Source of the DNA: Mytilus californianus
Taxonomy: Eukaryota
Direction: 5' to 3'
DNA length: 64,000 bases
NCBI RefSeq assembly: GCF_021869535.1
Contig: NW_026262701.1
Location: 86,304,001 to 86,368,000 of the forward strand
Of this stretch, positions 24,236 through 37,800 are shown piece by piece. A program made the position numbers and the translations under genes. The first letter of the stretch is position 1, and each line of letters begins with the position of its first letter. A model generated the notes under the pieces. The model was not told where the DNA came from. It made no database searches and saw nothing but the letters and a program-made list of their open reading frames with translations.

Positions 24236-25290
24236 TTTTTGTCTCGCCTGCGACAAAAGTCGAGGAAAGCGAGATAAAGGGATTGCTTTTCTGGCGAAGG
24301 TGACGATGACGACGACAACGGCGTCGTCAACAATTGTTAAGTTTTCTGCTTAAGTAAGTTTGATAGGAACTACTTGTTATAGATCATTGATATTTAAACT
24401 ATTTTGAAGCCCTGCCCCCTAGGCCATGGTCCAATGACTTGAACTAATTAGCAATTTTCAATGTTACATATTTTTTAAGGACGTTTTTTATACCGTTAAA
24501 CATTTTGTCTTAACTGTAAATATAAATATTTTTAAGGAAATTTTTAAATCTAGCTGTACATTGATATTTATTATTATTAATTTTCAATATATATATATTT
24601 TTTTTAACCCACTCTCTCATAATTCTTTTTAGAATGGCATTAATATTTCATATTGTTTTATGTATTCGTGTATTATGTTATGTATTGTAATATTAATGGT
24701 GAGACGTAAATAAACTATTTGTATTGTATTTACATACGACTATTTTGAGGCCCGGCACACTAGGACATGGTCCAGTGACATTGAATTAATTAGCAGTTTT
24801 CAATTTTAAGTTTTCTGCTCAATATACTTGTGATAGATCAATGATATTTTGTATGAAGTCGCATTATTGTCAGTACATTTCAGTTTAGCGACTATTTCGA
24901 TGCCCTGTACCCTAGGGCATGGTCCACTGACTTTGAAATTAATTATCAACTTTCAATGTTAAGTTGTCTGCTTAAGTTAGTATGATAGGATCTACTTGTG
25001 ATGATCAATGAAATTTTGTATGAAGTTGCAGTTTGACGACTATTTCGGGGCCCTACCCCTAGGTCGTTGCCAAGTGACTTCGAATTAATTACCAATTTCT
25101 AATGAACTTGAGTTGCATAACTATCTGTACATATCAGTTTGACGACTATTTTGAGGCCCTGTCCCCTAGGACATGGTCCAGTGGCTTTGATTTAATTAGC
25201 AATTTTTAATGTAAAGTTGATAGGAATTGCTTACAATAGACAACGATATTTTCTATAAAGTTGCATAACTGTCTGTTCATCTCAGTTTGT
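24236..25290 (+). mobile_element. Helentron/HINE-like non-autonomous element with internal tandem repeats
   Basis: T-rich start, subterminal inverted motif TCTCGC...GCGAGA around a CGACAAAAGTCG hairpin, and a (GAC)n microsatellite. Then five degenerate copies of a GCCCT...CCTAGG..ATGGTCCA.TGAC repeat (~24403, 24744, 24894, 25043, 25149). Family assignment is by architecture only. Confidence 0.5.
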
Positions 25291-26039
25291 CGACCATTTT
25301 CTTTAAAAACTATGTTTCGATTTTTGTTTTTATCTTGCGTTTTAAAATAATATTAACGGTATCAATTATACTAGCCAGATGCTCATTTCGACAATAAATG
25401 TCTCATCAGTGGCGTTCGAGGCCAGCATATTTTAAAATCCATAAAAACCTAATAAACGTTTAAGATCAGATAAAACAAGAAAGCCCCTAAAGTATAGTCA
25501 AGTCCTGACAAGGAATCAGAGATTTGCATGAGGGAAAGGCTACCTTTTGCTATATACAACCAGAAATCTTTTACACAATTGGTTAATTTTTTATTAACAC
25601 TAACTCTTTGTTCGCGCGTTCAAATTGTAAGAGCATGCAGAATAGATTTTAAATCAATCGCTTAATTTATTATAGATTGTAGACAAGCAAAAATATTGTT
25701 TATCTCTCAGTAACTTTACCATGCGAATCTTCGTTGAAGCAGGAAAAATCACTGGACAAATTTGTGAATTAGATAGAATAAAAAGAAACGCTTCCAAGAA
25801 CATTAACTTGAAGAAAACTTCTTGTGTTGTATCAGACTGATATATAGTAAAGCAAAATAATGATAATTTTAATAACAGAAAAATTACTCATACTTTTTAA
25901 ATCTTTCTTTGTCCTTGCTAGTGATTTTAGAAGATTTTCGTCGGAATTTAAACTAATTTTGCTCGCTCTTATATCAACTTTCGTCACCATATCCTTTGTA
26001 ACCAGACATGCTACAACAGTGTCACAAAATATGTATACT

Positions 26040-27160
26040 GTCAGCTCTCTAAGAGTACTTTTAATAGGAATCTACGTACTTGTATACATAATGGTTGCAG
26101 CTCTCTATGAGTACTTTGAATAGCAAAATAATCTACGTACTTGTATACATACTGGCAGCTCTCTATGAGTACTTTGAATAGCAAAATAATCTACGTACTT
26201 GTATACATACTGGCAGCTGTCTAGGAGTACTTTGAATAGCAAAGGAATCTACGTACTTGTATACATAATGGCAACTCTCTATGAGTACTTTTACATTTGC
26301 ACTGACTAGTTCACAATTTTATTTAGAGGCCAGCTGAGGACCACCTCCGGGTGCGGGATTTTCTCGCTGCGTTTAAGACCCATTGGTGGCCTTCGGCTGT
26401 TGTCTGCTCTTTGGTCGGGTTGTTGTCTTTTTGACATATTCCCCATTTCCATTCTCAATTTTATTTGAATAGCAAAGGAATCTACATACTTGTATACATA
26501 CTGGCAACTCTCTAGGAGTACTTTGAATAGCAAATGAATCTAGGTACTTGCATACATAATAGCAGCTCTCTAGCTAGGAGTACTTTGAATAGCAAAGAAA
26601 TCTACGTACTTGCATCTATATACTGGCAGCCCTCTAGGAGTACTTTGAATAGCAAAGGAATCTACGTACTTGCATACATAATAGCACCTTCTAGGAGTAC
26701 TTTGAATACCAAAGTAGCAAAGGAATCTACCTACTTGCATACATAATGGCAGCTTTCTAGGAGTACTTTGAATAGCAAAGGAATCTACGTACTTGCATAC
26801 ATAATGGCAGCTTTCTAGGAGTACTTTGAATAGCAAAGGAATCTACGTACTTGCATACATAATGGCAGCTTTCTAGGAGTACTTTGAATAGCAAAGGAAT
26901 CTACGTACTTGCATACATAATGGCAGCTTTCTAGGAGTACTTTGAATAGCAAAGGAATCTACGTACTTTCATACATACTGGCAGCTCTCTAGCTAGGAGT
27001 ACTTTGAATAGCAAATAAATCTACGTACTTTCATACATACTTGCAGCTCTCTAGGAGTATTTTGAATAGCAAAGGATTCTACGTACTTACATACAAACTG
27101 GTAGTGCTCTAGGGTACTTTGAATAGCAAAGGAATCTACGAACTTGCATACATACTGGCA
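26040..27160. repeat. 58-bp minisatellite, ~16 units, interrupted once
   Basis: Consensus GAGTACTTTGAATAGCAAAGGAATCTACGTACTTGCATACATAATGGCAGCTTTCTAG. Exact 58-bp period at 26761/26819/26877/26935. Confidence 0.95.
26290..26466. mobile_element. Short interspersed repeat inserted into the T-run of a minisatellite unit
   Basis: Splits GAGTACTTT|GAATAGC. The sequence (…CCCATTGGTGGCCTTCGGCTGTTGTCTGCTC…CCCCATTTCCATTCTCAATTTTA) has a partial homologue at 23836-23875. Confidence 0.7.
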
Positions 27161-27713
27161 CAAGTTAATTGATGCTTGTGTCTGGGTTATTCTAACGTCC
27201 TGTGGCAAATATTTCATGCATATTTAGAATGGTAAATGAATTTTCTTTAAAATTTAATCATTTTGTTTTAAAGAAAATTTGTATTATTGTAGTAATGTGT
27301 GGTGATACTACCAGGCAACATGATTGCAGAAGCACGCTATATCTATATGGTCAAGGGGTAACTAATTTGAACTTAAAGTCAAATTCTTGCAGGAATTCCA
27401 ATTTACTTCCTATCTTTCATTAAAAAAAAGTCTAATGCTTATCCCCCTTTGAACATGAATTATTTCAAATCTGAATTAAAATCAGCTGAGAAGTAGGAAA
27501 TATTTTTTTTTCTAATAAGCATCTGTGTAAAGCAATCAACTTTCCTGAGAGGTCAGTATATAAGATGTGCAATATTACCTTACTACTGCTATGCTGTCGG
27601 AGAAACTGCCCATTTGTGAAGCACTTATTTACCATAATGTTTACTGAAAGCGAAGCAAATGTTTCTGGAAATGCGCTGTATGACATTTAAAAGTTTCATA
27701 TTTGTAGAGTAAA

Positions 27714-28155
27714 ATAGATAAGAAATCGAATGATGTATGATTTATCCATATGAAAATGAATAGACAGAAACTTGCCGTTAAGTTTGGGTCGGCATGTTCT
27801 GTAAATGGAGTGCGCTCTGATGTCTTACGGCCCAAGCCAATCCTAAAAAGGTCTTCAGATTTCAGAGAAATATTGGACAAGCAAATATATTGTTCAGGCT
27901 AACCATTTTATAAATAACAGAAAGAAAGAAAAAACAGCCCTCGACCTTCTCACCATTGAGAAGAAATCGAATGGTGTATGATTTATCCATAGGAAAATGA
28001 ATAGACAGAAACTTTCCGACCTAAGTTTGGTTCGGCAATTTCCATGTCCTCTAAATGGAGTGCGCTCTGATGTCTTACGGCCCAAGCCAATCTTAAAAAG
28101 GTCGTCAGATTTCAGAGAAATATTGGACAAGCAAATATGTTGATCAAGATAACCA
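27714..28155. repeat. Local ~240-bp tandem duplication
   Basis: 27714-27905 and 27958-28155 share AGAAATCGAATG...GGAGTGCGCTCTGATGTCTTACGGCCCAAGCC...GGACAAGCAAATAT. Confidence 0.9.
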
Positions 28156-28299
28156 CTTCTACCAATACGCGGCCACCATCAATAAGTTGATTATTTTGCC
28201 ACTTTTTGGATGCGCATTTAAAATTTAGACAGAAAATAAATATTGAATTGATTTGAATTTGTGCAATACATCATATATACAGTGAATTTAAAAACATCT

Positions 28300-28555
28300 T
28301 GGCTTGATCTAGTTCATCTCATGCAGGTAAGTCTTGAAGCATTCAAGACTACCTGTATTGGTGGCAGTATGTGGTAGGGCATTCCAGTCTCGTATCGTCC
28401 TTGGGTAAAAAGATTCCTTCCGCACTTCGGTCCTACAAGATGGTACTTGGTATCCATTTGTGTTGATGTTTCTGGATAGCCTATCTGGTGGAATGAGAGT
28501 ATTACTGGTGTCAACTTTCACCATCCCGTTGGCAAGTTTATACATCATTCTATGA
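28300..28555 (-). mobile_element. Short 3' fragment of a CR1/L2-type LINE
   Basis: MMYKLANGMVKV...YQVPSCRTEVRKESFYPRTIRDWNALP matches the conserved LINE ORF2 C-terminal SFFPRTIxxWNxLP pattern. Confidence 0.75.
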
Positions 28556-31278
28556 ATAACAGAAAGAAAGAAAAACCAGCCCTCGACCTTCTTACCATTG
28601 ACCAATAAGCTACATAAAACTGAATTTATGAATTGTAAAGACACAAGTAGTCGAAAAGTGACACTTTTGGGTTATAAAAACATTAAAGTTCAACTTTTAT
28701 GTCACTTGGTCTCTGGTGGAGAGTTGTTCTATTAGCAATCATACCACATCTTCTTATTTTTATATGTACACATTATTTTTAAAATTCATACCACTACTAC
28801 ATTGGCGGTTGCTCTGTTTGTAGGTACGAACACAAATTGAAAACGTTTTCCCAGTACTTGAAGTTTATTTCTCATCATGAAAATAGACGTATTATACTCC
28901 TTTTGATAATTTCTTAACTATATTTAAAATGTGATATGCGAATACTACAATTTTCATACATTTATTGAAATACAAATCAAGTGATTTATTGTCAGATTTC
29001 TCCCGTTTACACTATGTTTTACAATAGAATTCTATAATAACCTGGCGACACTCTTTCCAATTTATTTTCGAGAGTGGATGATTTTTGGGGCCTTTTCCGA
29101 AAAATTATAACCTCCCGGTCTTGGGCGATTTTGATGTCCATGTAATAACATTGTCATAAGGATGATATCTTAACTTCTATAGTTCACAGTTTCGTGTGGA
29201 AGGAGAATTATTTTCTATACTGACGTCTGATGTAACTGACGTATTATCTAATTAAAAATTTAAGTTCAATTGGTTTGTTCATACGGACACGAAATAATAG
29301 GTGGCTCTATGTTAACACAGGGCGGTATAAAGTTTTGAACGATAGAATCATTAAATTAAATATTCTAGATAAGTTAATAAAATCAGTACCTCTGGTAATC
29401 AATTTTATTTCATTTTTATGAAAATGACTTTTATGACCTTCAAGTTTATCAATGCGATGGACAAAAAGCTTTAATGATGTCTGCTGTCTGGTCAGAAATA
29501 GGCAGAGAAGGTCAAAGCAAACATAAAACGATATGTATGGGGGAAAGACTAACTCATCTATAAACTACAATTGTACATATCTATAATCTTGTCATCTTTT
29601 GAATACTAAAGATAATTAAATGTTGTCCTTCAAAGAAAAGAAGTTTAAATAAGAAATGCTTATTTGTTATGTCCTTCAAAAGTTATTGACTTAAACAATT
29701 AGTGAGTTTAAAAGCATATATAAACTATACCTAAAATAAATGTCTTGTTTATCTTGGAGATAGAACCATCCAGTTCGTCTTTCCTAACTCCTGTTTATAT
29801 TAAGAAGTAGATAAAAGTTTATATACAGCTTGAGTTTTGTTGAACGAGTACGACACAAAATATTGTCGATTATATTTTGAGTGTATAAGAATTATTCACA
29901 TCTTCCTCAAATGACTTGTAGCAACTAATAATTAGGTGAGTAAAACCAGCAAATACTATGCAATTTTTTTTTTCTCCAAAGGAGCATGCTTTAAATGACA
30001 AATTTTAGTTAAAAAAGAATATAATTCTTTATCAGGATAGGAAATTTAAGAAATTCATTCCCAGTAAAGTATTATTTTATCATCTTTGATAAGTTTTCGT
30101 ATCTGTCCTACATAAAAATCATATTGACTAATTTGTATCTTCAAACCATTCAAAGTTTCACTTTAATTTAAAAAAGTAAGACACTTTATGACTGCAAGAT
30201 GATCTCCTTCCAAACGAATCGTGCTTTACACATTATATACATTAAAACAAAATCATATGAGTTTTCCGTCACCGGCTTGCCAAGTGCATTTTTCAAATAA
30301 TTGTCATAATCTTTCAATTAATATTATTATACGCCATTAACGAATTAACAAACAAAAAGAGTAGATGAATTTACAGACAATCTAAGCACACAACTTTTTG
30401 TAGTTTTTTCTAACATAGCTGCCCAGATATTTCACTGATTAAAGAACTATTTTCAATCGCAAATATTTGAATTTAAAACGATGTCTAAAGGAAGAGGTAT
30501 TAACAGATCCCAAACAATTTGTTTTGCTCACGGGGCCAAAATCGAAAATTGATGTATTAAATGTATCATTTTAGGAATTAAAGCGTGGCTGGCACCCTCT
30601 AAAATCGGTATTTTTTTGTACTGAAATGTTAATTAAAAGCTCAATAACTAATAATAAGTATATGATTTTATATGAAGAAATTCGTATTTCTATATTGGCG
30701 TATTTATACACTGGATATTGCTTTAACAGTCATTTATTCACTTCTTCTAAGACTTCCACTAATAAAAAGATCACTGTTTCACCGTTAATAGTTGATGAAT
30801 ATATATTATTATCTAAAGCAAGTACACCATCTGTGTGAAAGAAGCTGAAACATAATGTTTAGGCATATGTCTTTTAATCATTTTGCTAAATATTAAATGC
30901 AATTATTGTTAATATAGAAATACAGCAGCCCATACAGAGGGTCAGCAAAACGATGATATGTTGTTTGTGCTGTATTTAGACCCCTCTACCAAGAAATTTG
31001 TTTTGCATGCACACGTATAAAAATTGCGGTTTTCATCCAACGCAATCATAGGTTTAAACGTTGTTTTCAATTTAGACATGTATATATAGATTTATACATT
31101 TTGAATATGAAATGGTCAACATGCACCAAAATGATTACGTGTATCTATAGAAATTCGTCGAATACATGAAGCAAAAATCATAAATTGTCTTACTGTATTA
31201 CTAAGAAATGTACAGATAGCCCTGTTGGTCTCATACAGATAAAGAGATGTGGTTATTCAAATCAAACTGCTGGAATGT

Positions 31279-31640
31279 GAAGTCCAGCACTGTAGATGAA
31301 AATTCAAGCGCTGAAGATATAAAGTCTAGCGCTTTAGATATAAAGTCCAGCGCTGCAGATTTAAAGTCCACCGCTGGAGATGTAAAGTCCAGCGCTGGAC
31401 TTTATATCTACAGCGCTGAACCTTACATCTCCAGCGTTGGACTTTATATCTTCAGCGCTTGACTTTTCTTTACATCTACAGTACTTGACTTTATATCTAA
31501 CGCGCTTAACTTTATATCTCCAGCGCTACGCTTAACATCTCTATCGCTATATTTTGTTAAATATCAACATCGCTAGACTTTAAATCTACAGCGCCGGATT
31601 GCAACTACAGCACTGGACTTTAAATCTACAACGTTCAACT
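31279..31640. repeat. Head-to-head (fold-back) 21-bp minisatellite
   Basis: Units AAGTCCAGCGCTGNAGATNTA at 31280, 31301, 31322, 31343, 31364 and 31385, then the reverse-complement unit repeated ~11 times. Perfect 22-bp palindrome at 31383-31404. Confidence 0.9.
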
Positions 31641-34413
31641 GATTTAACGATTCATTCGATAATCAAACATTTGAATGGTGTGGCTGTTACTGGGACTTTG
31701 TGTTTTGTCTTAAACTTATAAGAAATAGGTTGATTATTGAATATTTTTTCGTAACGTTTCGTCCTCCTGTATAGTAAAATATTCGAGATTTCAGAACTTT
31801 ACGCTCTTGCTATCATGGTTGACGTAATATTGGCTGTGAATAAGATTAAAAAAACGTAGTGAAGTTGATGCGTTCGCAGTCTTTTCCGAGTTTTAAACAG
31901 CACCTGGAACGGTTAGACCCAAAAGTTCGAAAGGTTTAAGATAAATAAATATGCTATGAGCTATTAAACAAGAGTGACCTAACTAGAATTGCCAAAAGAT
32001 GGCCAAGGAAGATGCAAAATTTGGTTCGCAAAAATCGCATTTATTATATGTCAAAAATAATAACCATTGCCGCATGATCAAATAATGGGCAGATGATACC
32101 GTCACAGTCTATCATCAGTAGTATAAAGCTAGCGGCAAATAAAAGTTGAACGTACAAAACGTAAGCTTTTAGGTACTGTAGATCTAAATATAATTTTTGT
32201 CCTAAAGACATCTCAAGGTCAACTTGCGGTGGTCAATAAGTGTAAGTCAAGCTATAAATTGCTACAAGTTAAAAAAAAAGTTGTGAATAAATTTAATGTT
32301 CCCTGGAAGGCTACAGTCACTCCATTATTATTTGCATCTAGCTTTTTAACTGAAATATAAATAGACTCAATGACATGGTAGTTTTTTCCTTGACTGCAAA
32401 AAAAGTCAGTCAAGAACTTGGTCGATCTTGTGGACAAACTTGTTTATCTACACTACTTGTTACAGTCACTATCATAAAATTAGGCACGGTTAGCCCTTGA
32501 TCAAGACTACTATGCATATATGACTTACATATACAAATAAACATTTTCAATTGGTCATTTAAAAAATTTTGGTTAAATATTGGTCTGCTGAAAATTTTAT
32601 GAATAAATTGACTTAATGATATTATTGTGCTGTAAATATTTGTTTCATGTATATTTAAAAGAAGGGTATTGCTTTAATATGAATAAGGTCATTATTATCA
32701 AAAGAAAATTTCCATCCATGAAATAATTTTTTTTTTAAATTTACAATTCATGGCACGTAATTACCAAGCAAGAAATAAAACACAGCAGAAAGGAGAGGGT
32801 AATTATGATAATTCTTCTACTAGTTCTCTTGAATTTGAGAATCACAAAGTTCTAGTATTATAAATCTGTCTAAAATCAAATAACATTTTGAAAGATTAAA
32901 AAAGACGTTAGTCTGTGCGATATAAATATATTATACGTTTTTCATTCTTGTTTTGACTTCTTTACAGAACATTTGAGGAAAATGTCAATAATGCCTCATT
33001 TTGAAATAGATTCAGATGTGTGCAAAAGCCCTAACTATCTCCATCCCACACCCGCCTACCTCCAACCCACACCCATATATTGTGCGCTTGATAACGTTAT
33101 CGTCCTTTTTCACTGTAAAATCGGCATATTTGCTTTAAAATGTTTATTACAAAATGTTATAAATAAAGGATGTCACGGTGACAATACAAATGACAGTAAT
33201 GCAGTGACCAATTAATTTGGAAATGATTACAGAATTTTCAGAGGTGGTTTTTTTTTAGCATTTTTAGCATTTTAGCGGCGAAACAATTGCTCTTCAAATA
33301 CCTTCTTCTTTGAGGCAGTATTTTAACAAAAATTCATTTGTTGAATTTTCTCGGTTATTGCGACCTATCGATGAATAAAAATGACAACATACAGATATAT
33401 AAATGAATGAATTATGTACATCTTTACCTAAAGGATTTATCTTTAAGTTCTCAGTTATTTATTTTGAGACAGACATCCAGGTTTCCAAACTACTGTAGAT
33501 AAGTGGTATAGCGTCGGGTGATTAACCATTGAAGGAGATAACAATTATTGATCAAATTTTAAGGTTTCTTTACGAGTGTCTATCAAACAGTTCTTTCATT
33601 CAAAAAGTAGAGAGTAAATACCAAAAGTGAATATGAAATTATAAAAATTGCCTATTTACCTCATACTTTATTAACAAAAAATAAAGTTTATAACAGAATA
33701 CAAACGATCTGGAAATATAATTAGATATGAATAAAAGAACATGAGGGTTTATGTCAGTAAGTCAACATTCCTGCTCCCTTTTCCGTGTATCCCACTTCGT
33801 AAGTCTCGTTTTGCGTGCTCGTCTAGAGTATAGGAGGAGACTTTTTTGTTTTTGTTGAATTTTCGATAAGAACCCTAAATTTCGGAGTAGTGTCTGGTGG
33901 GGTCTATTGTGTTCTTGGAACTGTGAACTTGGGAAATGGCACGTTAATAATCATTGTCGGTCTAATTAATACAAACCAGGGTTCTAATTCGTGTCTCAGT
34001 AACATGTTAAATATATCTATCCATTCATCCATGCATATTTAAAATTTCCTCGTTTGTGACTTATCCACTGATTTGTTCTTGTCACTAGCAAATATGTGGG
34101 TCCCACTAGTAGATTGGACGACTTCTCTTCCCAGGCACCAGTCCTGCGTCCCCTACTAGGTTTTATTGTGGGGTTTCGTACTGCATTTGCTTCTCACTTC
34201 GATTTTGTATTTTTAATTTCAATGCTTTTGTCGATATTATCGATTAAGATCATTAGATTTTAACGTGTGGAACATAAAGGATGTCATATGTACAGCAGGA
34301 GCTGCATATCTTCCCCGAAGCATCCCAGTTAATCCCGGTTTTCTTAAGGAGTTTGTGTTGATCAATCTTAAATTGTCCTGGTAATTTTATAGACCTTTTT
34401 GTTTTCTTCGGTA

Positions 34414-34810
34414 TTTTATGCCCCCTACCAAAGTAGACGGGTGTTATGTTTTCCAGTCATTTAATCCCCTGTCCGTCCGTTAATACGTCCGTCCTATATC
34501 ATTCTAAACGTTTTGGTTTGAGGTAGTTTAAAGTTTTGGTTCAAGGTAATTTGTGGTCACATCAACACGAAACTTATTACACATAATCATTGAGTAGTGC
34601 ATTGTTTAATATATATGCCAAATTAGAGTTATGGCCTAGATATCGCAGTACACTGAACTTTGAAATGTGATAACGTATATCAGGTAAAAGTGATGTTTTG
34701 ATGTATGTAAACGTTTGGATTAAATTTATGGTCAAATAAACGTGAGGCTTAGTACCCGTGTCATGTTTCTTATGAAGTGGACTGTTTATTTTATATGTCA
34801 AAATAGAGTT
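34414..34810 (+). mobile_element. Helentron/HINE-like fragment with (GTCC)n microsatellite
   Basis: TTTTATGCCCCC start followed by GTCCGTCCGT...CGTCCGTCC, the architecture typical of DINE-1/HINE-type elements. Inference from structure. Confidence 0.4.
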
Positions 34811-37800
34811 TTGACCTTAACATGAAAGTGGTAACGGTGTGCGGTGTCATTTGGGGACATACTGTTTGATTTGACCATATTGTTGTCTGTCCTTATTTCA
34901 CTTATGATATTTAATTAGTCCTCGGTATCTTTTCATTTTCTACATAGCACATTAAGATTACTACAACATATGAAACATTTTTTTATTGAGGCTTGTCCAA
35001 GAAAATATTTCCGCAATTTTTTTTTTGTTATTCTTTCCTTTTAAGAAAAATATTTATCAATTTGTTTATATTTGTGTAAAATTATGTGAATTGCCACTTA
35101 TGGGACAAGATGCTTCAAACATATCAGTCATGTGCTATGTTCAGAATAAAAATGTTATCGTTACTATTCAGATGTATGTATTAAGTTTATATCTAATCCA
35201 AACTTGTCTATGGTATGTTAAATGGACACTGGTAGTAAAAGACTTGATGAGGGAATGTAAACATCGGCTTCTTGTATCGGACTGTGAGTCTGGTATTGAT
35301 AACTTGGACTGTTAACTTCAAAAGTATACGCATAATTATTGGTTCTCTATTCTAAAGTCAAATGTGCAGCAGTGGGATATATGTTTTGGATGTTTTGGAG
35401 ACGCCCGTATGACTATGTTTAGCTATAGGAAATTGATCCAAAGTCCCGTATTGGACAATTATCATACTCTCTACACAAAAAGAAACCGTCTTTTAACAAA
35501 ACAGAAATCTATAGTTTTACGGTTGGACAGGAACATTCTTTCTGAGGGTTTAGAAACTAACTGTCCATTTCTTTTTTCTTTTTATGGTTATAGACTTTTT
35601 TGGTTTATTTCTACATAAACTTTTATGCGGTTTGACTTCGAAATGGTTTAAGACGTTAAGTTTTTAAAGACTGATACAAAATAGACTCATATAAGAAATG
35701 TGTTGTCTCCATAAAAAATTCTTTCGTTTGGTTATCTGCTGTATAAAATTTCGAAGATTTGGTATGATTGCCCATGAGACAACTATCCACCAAAGTACGA
35801 GGATGTAAACAATTACATGTCAGCGTACGGCCTTTGATAATGAACGAAACCCATACCGTATAGTTTGCTATAAAAGGCCCTGGCATGGCATAATGTGAAA
35901 AAAAATTACTTGTTTTACATTTTTCTCTCGTCGGGTTCTTTTATAGCTTTCTATAAGGGTTTTGCTCATTGTTGAATGTGACCTATAGTTGTATTTTACG
36001 TCATTTGGTCTCTTGTAGATGGTTGTCTCGTTGGTATTAATACCACACTACCTAACTTTCATATACAGCTGCATACTTGCTACTGCAAGTGATAATTTTA
36101 GTTCAAGATACGATCATATCAAATGAAATTATTTTGCAAGTGGAGTCAGAAATTATGAAAAATATCACAGTAAGTCTAACAAATCGACCTGAAATACTTT
36201 ATATTATCTCTGTCATAATGTACAAGTTAGAGCAAAACCAACTTTGTGAAAAAAATATTCTTTTTATGGATAAACTACATAGTTAAATTAATGATTTCCA
36301 ACTGATTTTACATGTCGTGTTGTGCTGTAACACCGCTGTCTCAGGTAAGGAGAAGGTTGGGCGCACACTTACATGTTTAACCACGTCTCATTCTTTATGT
36401 TCCTGTTTCTAGTCAGGAGCTTGTAATTGCCTGTGGTATTTGTTTTTTTTCCATTGTTTTGTCATAAATCAGGTAATTAGTTTTCTCGTTTGAATTGTTT
36501 CATATTTTTTTTTCATGCTATGCACTTAATACTAATAATAGCTGACTATACTACATGTATATGGTATGGGTTTTGCTCATTTTTCAAGGTCGAACCGTGG
36601 CCTTTAGTTGCTTACATGCACAACATTTGGAGAGTTGTCCGTACATCATCCTTTGTTTATATTATCCAACAGAACCTATTATTCGTAAAACCAACTATAA
36701 AAAGAATCGTTGTCATTTTTTATCTTGAAATATCAGTTGTTTTTCTTACCAAAATTTATAAATGACTTTTCCTTTCCCATTGTTAATTTTCCTTGACTAT
36801 GGTATTCTATGTGCTTGTTATGGAGTATACATTTCTTAGATTATATGAAAAATAAGGAGATGTGGTATGATTGCCAATGAGACAAATATCAACCACAGAC
36901 CAAAGGACAAGGATGTTAACATATAGGGCATTATACGGCCTTCAACAATGAGTAAAACCTATACATATGTCAATAATGTGAAACAATTCAAATAAGAAAA
37001 CTAACGGCCTGATTTAGTTAATATCAAGTAATCTTGTGTAGATGACAAATCTTTGGAAATTGGAGAGAAAAATTTTCATGCTTCGACTGTTTCCCAATTT
37101 AAATATTTTTTTAGATATAAAAATAATCTTGATAAAGTTAGGCTAACTTATCATTGAAACATTAAAAGTATAAGTTTTTTACACCTTTTTGATATGCGAG
37201 AAAACATAAGTCCCTGTTTAGAGGGGATTAACAGGGGGTCTCGATTCACACTTTCCTCCCACTGCTAAAACAAAAGTATATGCCACTACTAATATACTCC
37301 AAGTTTGTTTTTTTTTTAATTTTTCATGACTGAATTAATCAAATGGTTCAAGTTGGCGACGCAGTATACCTGTTTTACTGTAGGAACATATACAAATATA
37401 TATATAAATAAACACTTTCTATCATTGACTATTTTTAATTGAAGTACATGTAATAACTACCTATCATCTTAGTGTACTTTATAAAGTGAAATATCTAAAT
37501 CACCAAACAAGACTAAAATAGTTTTAAAAAGTCAATATTTATACTCAACATAAAATGTTATTATCAACTTTTCAAACGAAGTATCTTTAGTTTTTAAGGA
37601 TGTTGTAACTGACGGTAGTGAACAGTTGTCGAAAATGCTTAATAGTCCTTAAATATGAACTTAAATGAGGTTTTAAGATTATATGCAAACAATTACGCCT
37701 ATATGCACAGAAGTCGCTTTGAAAGTGCATGCAACTTCATTGAATACATTAAGCTGCGTTATTTGCTTTTCTATAGATGGCTGTTTAAAAATGTTCTTCG

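Noticed and set aside
26040-27160. CRISPR-like appearance of the 58-bp and 39-bp arrays, and ORFs 26534, 26570, 26993 and 53324
   Set aside because: The units are contiguous with no unique spacers, the context is eukaryotic with no cas genes, and the ORFs are repeat translations with stops and indels.
31247-31462. 71-aa ORF with SSAxDxK heptad repeats as a real protein
   Set aside because: It is a by-product of a 21-bp unit and reads through the inversion point. No supporting gene structure.
33780-34200. GC-richer, coding-looking segment
   Set aside because: The minus-strand frames translated by hand were broken by stops with no recognisable domain, and the ORF track lists nothing here. Probably an old TE remnant, but not assignable.
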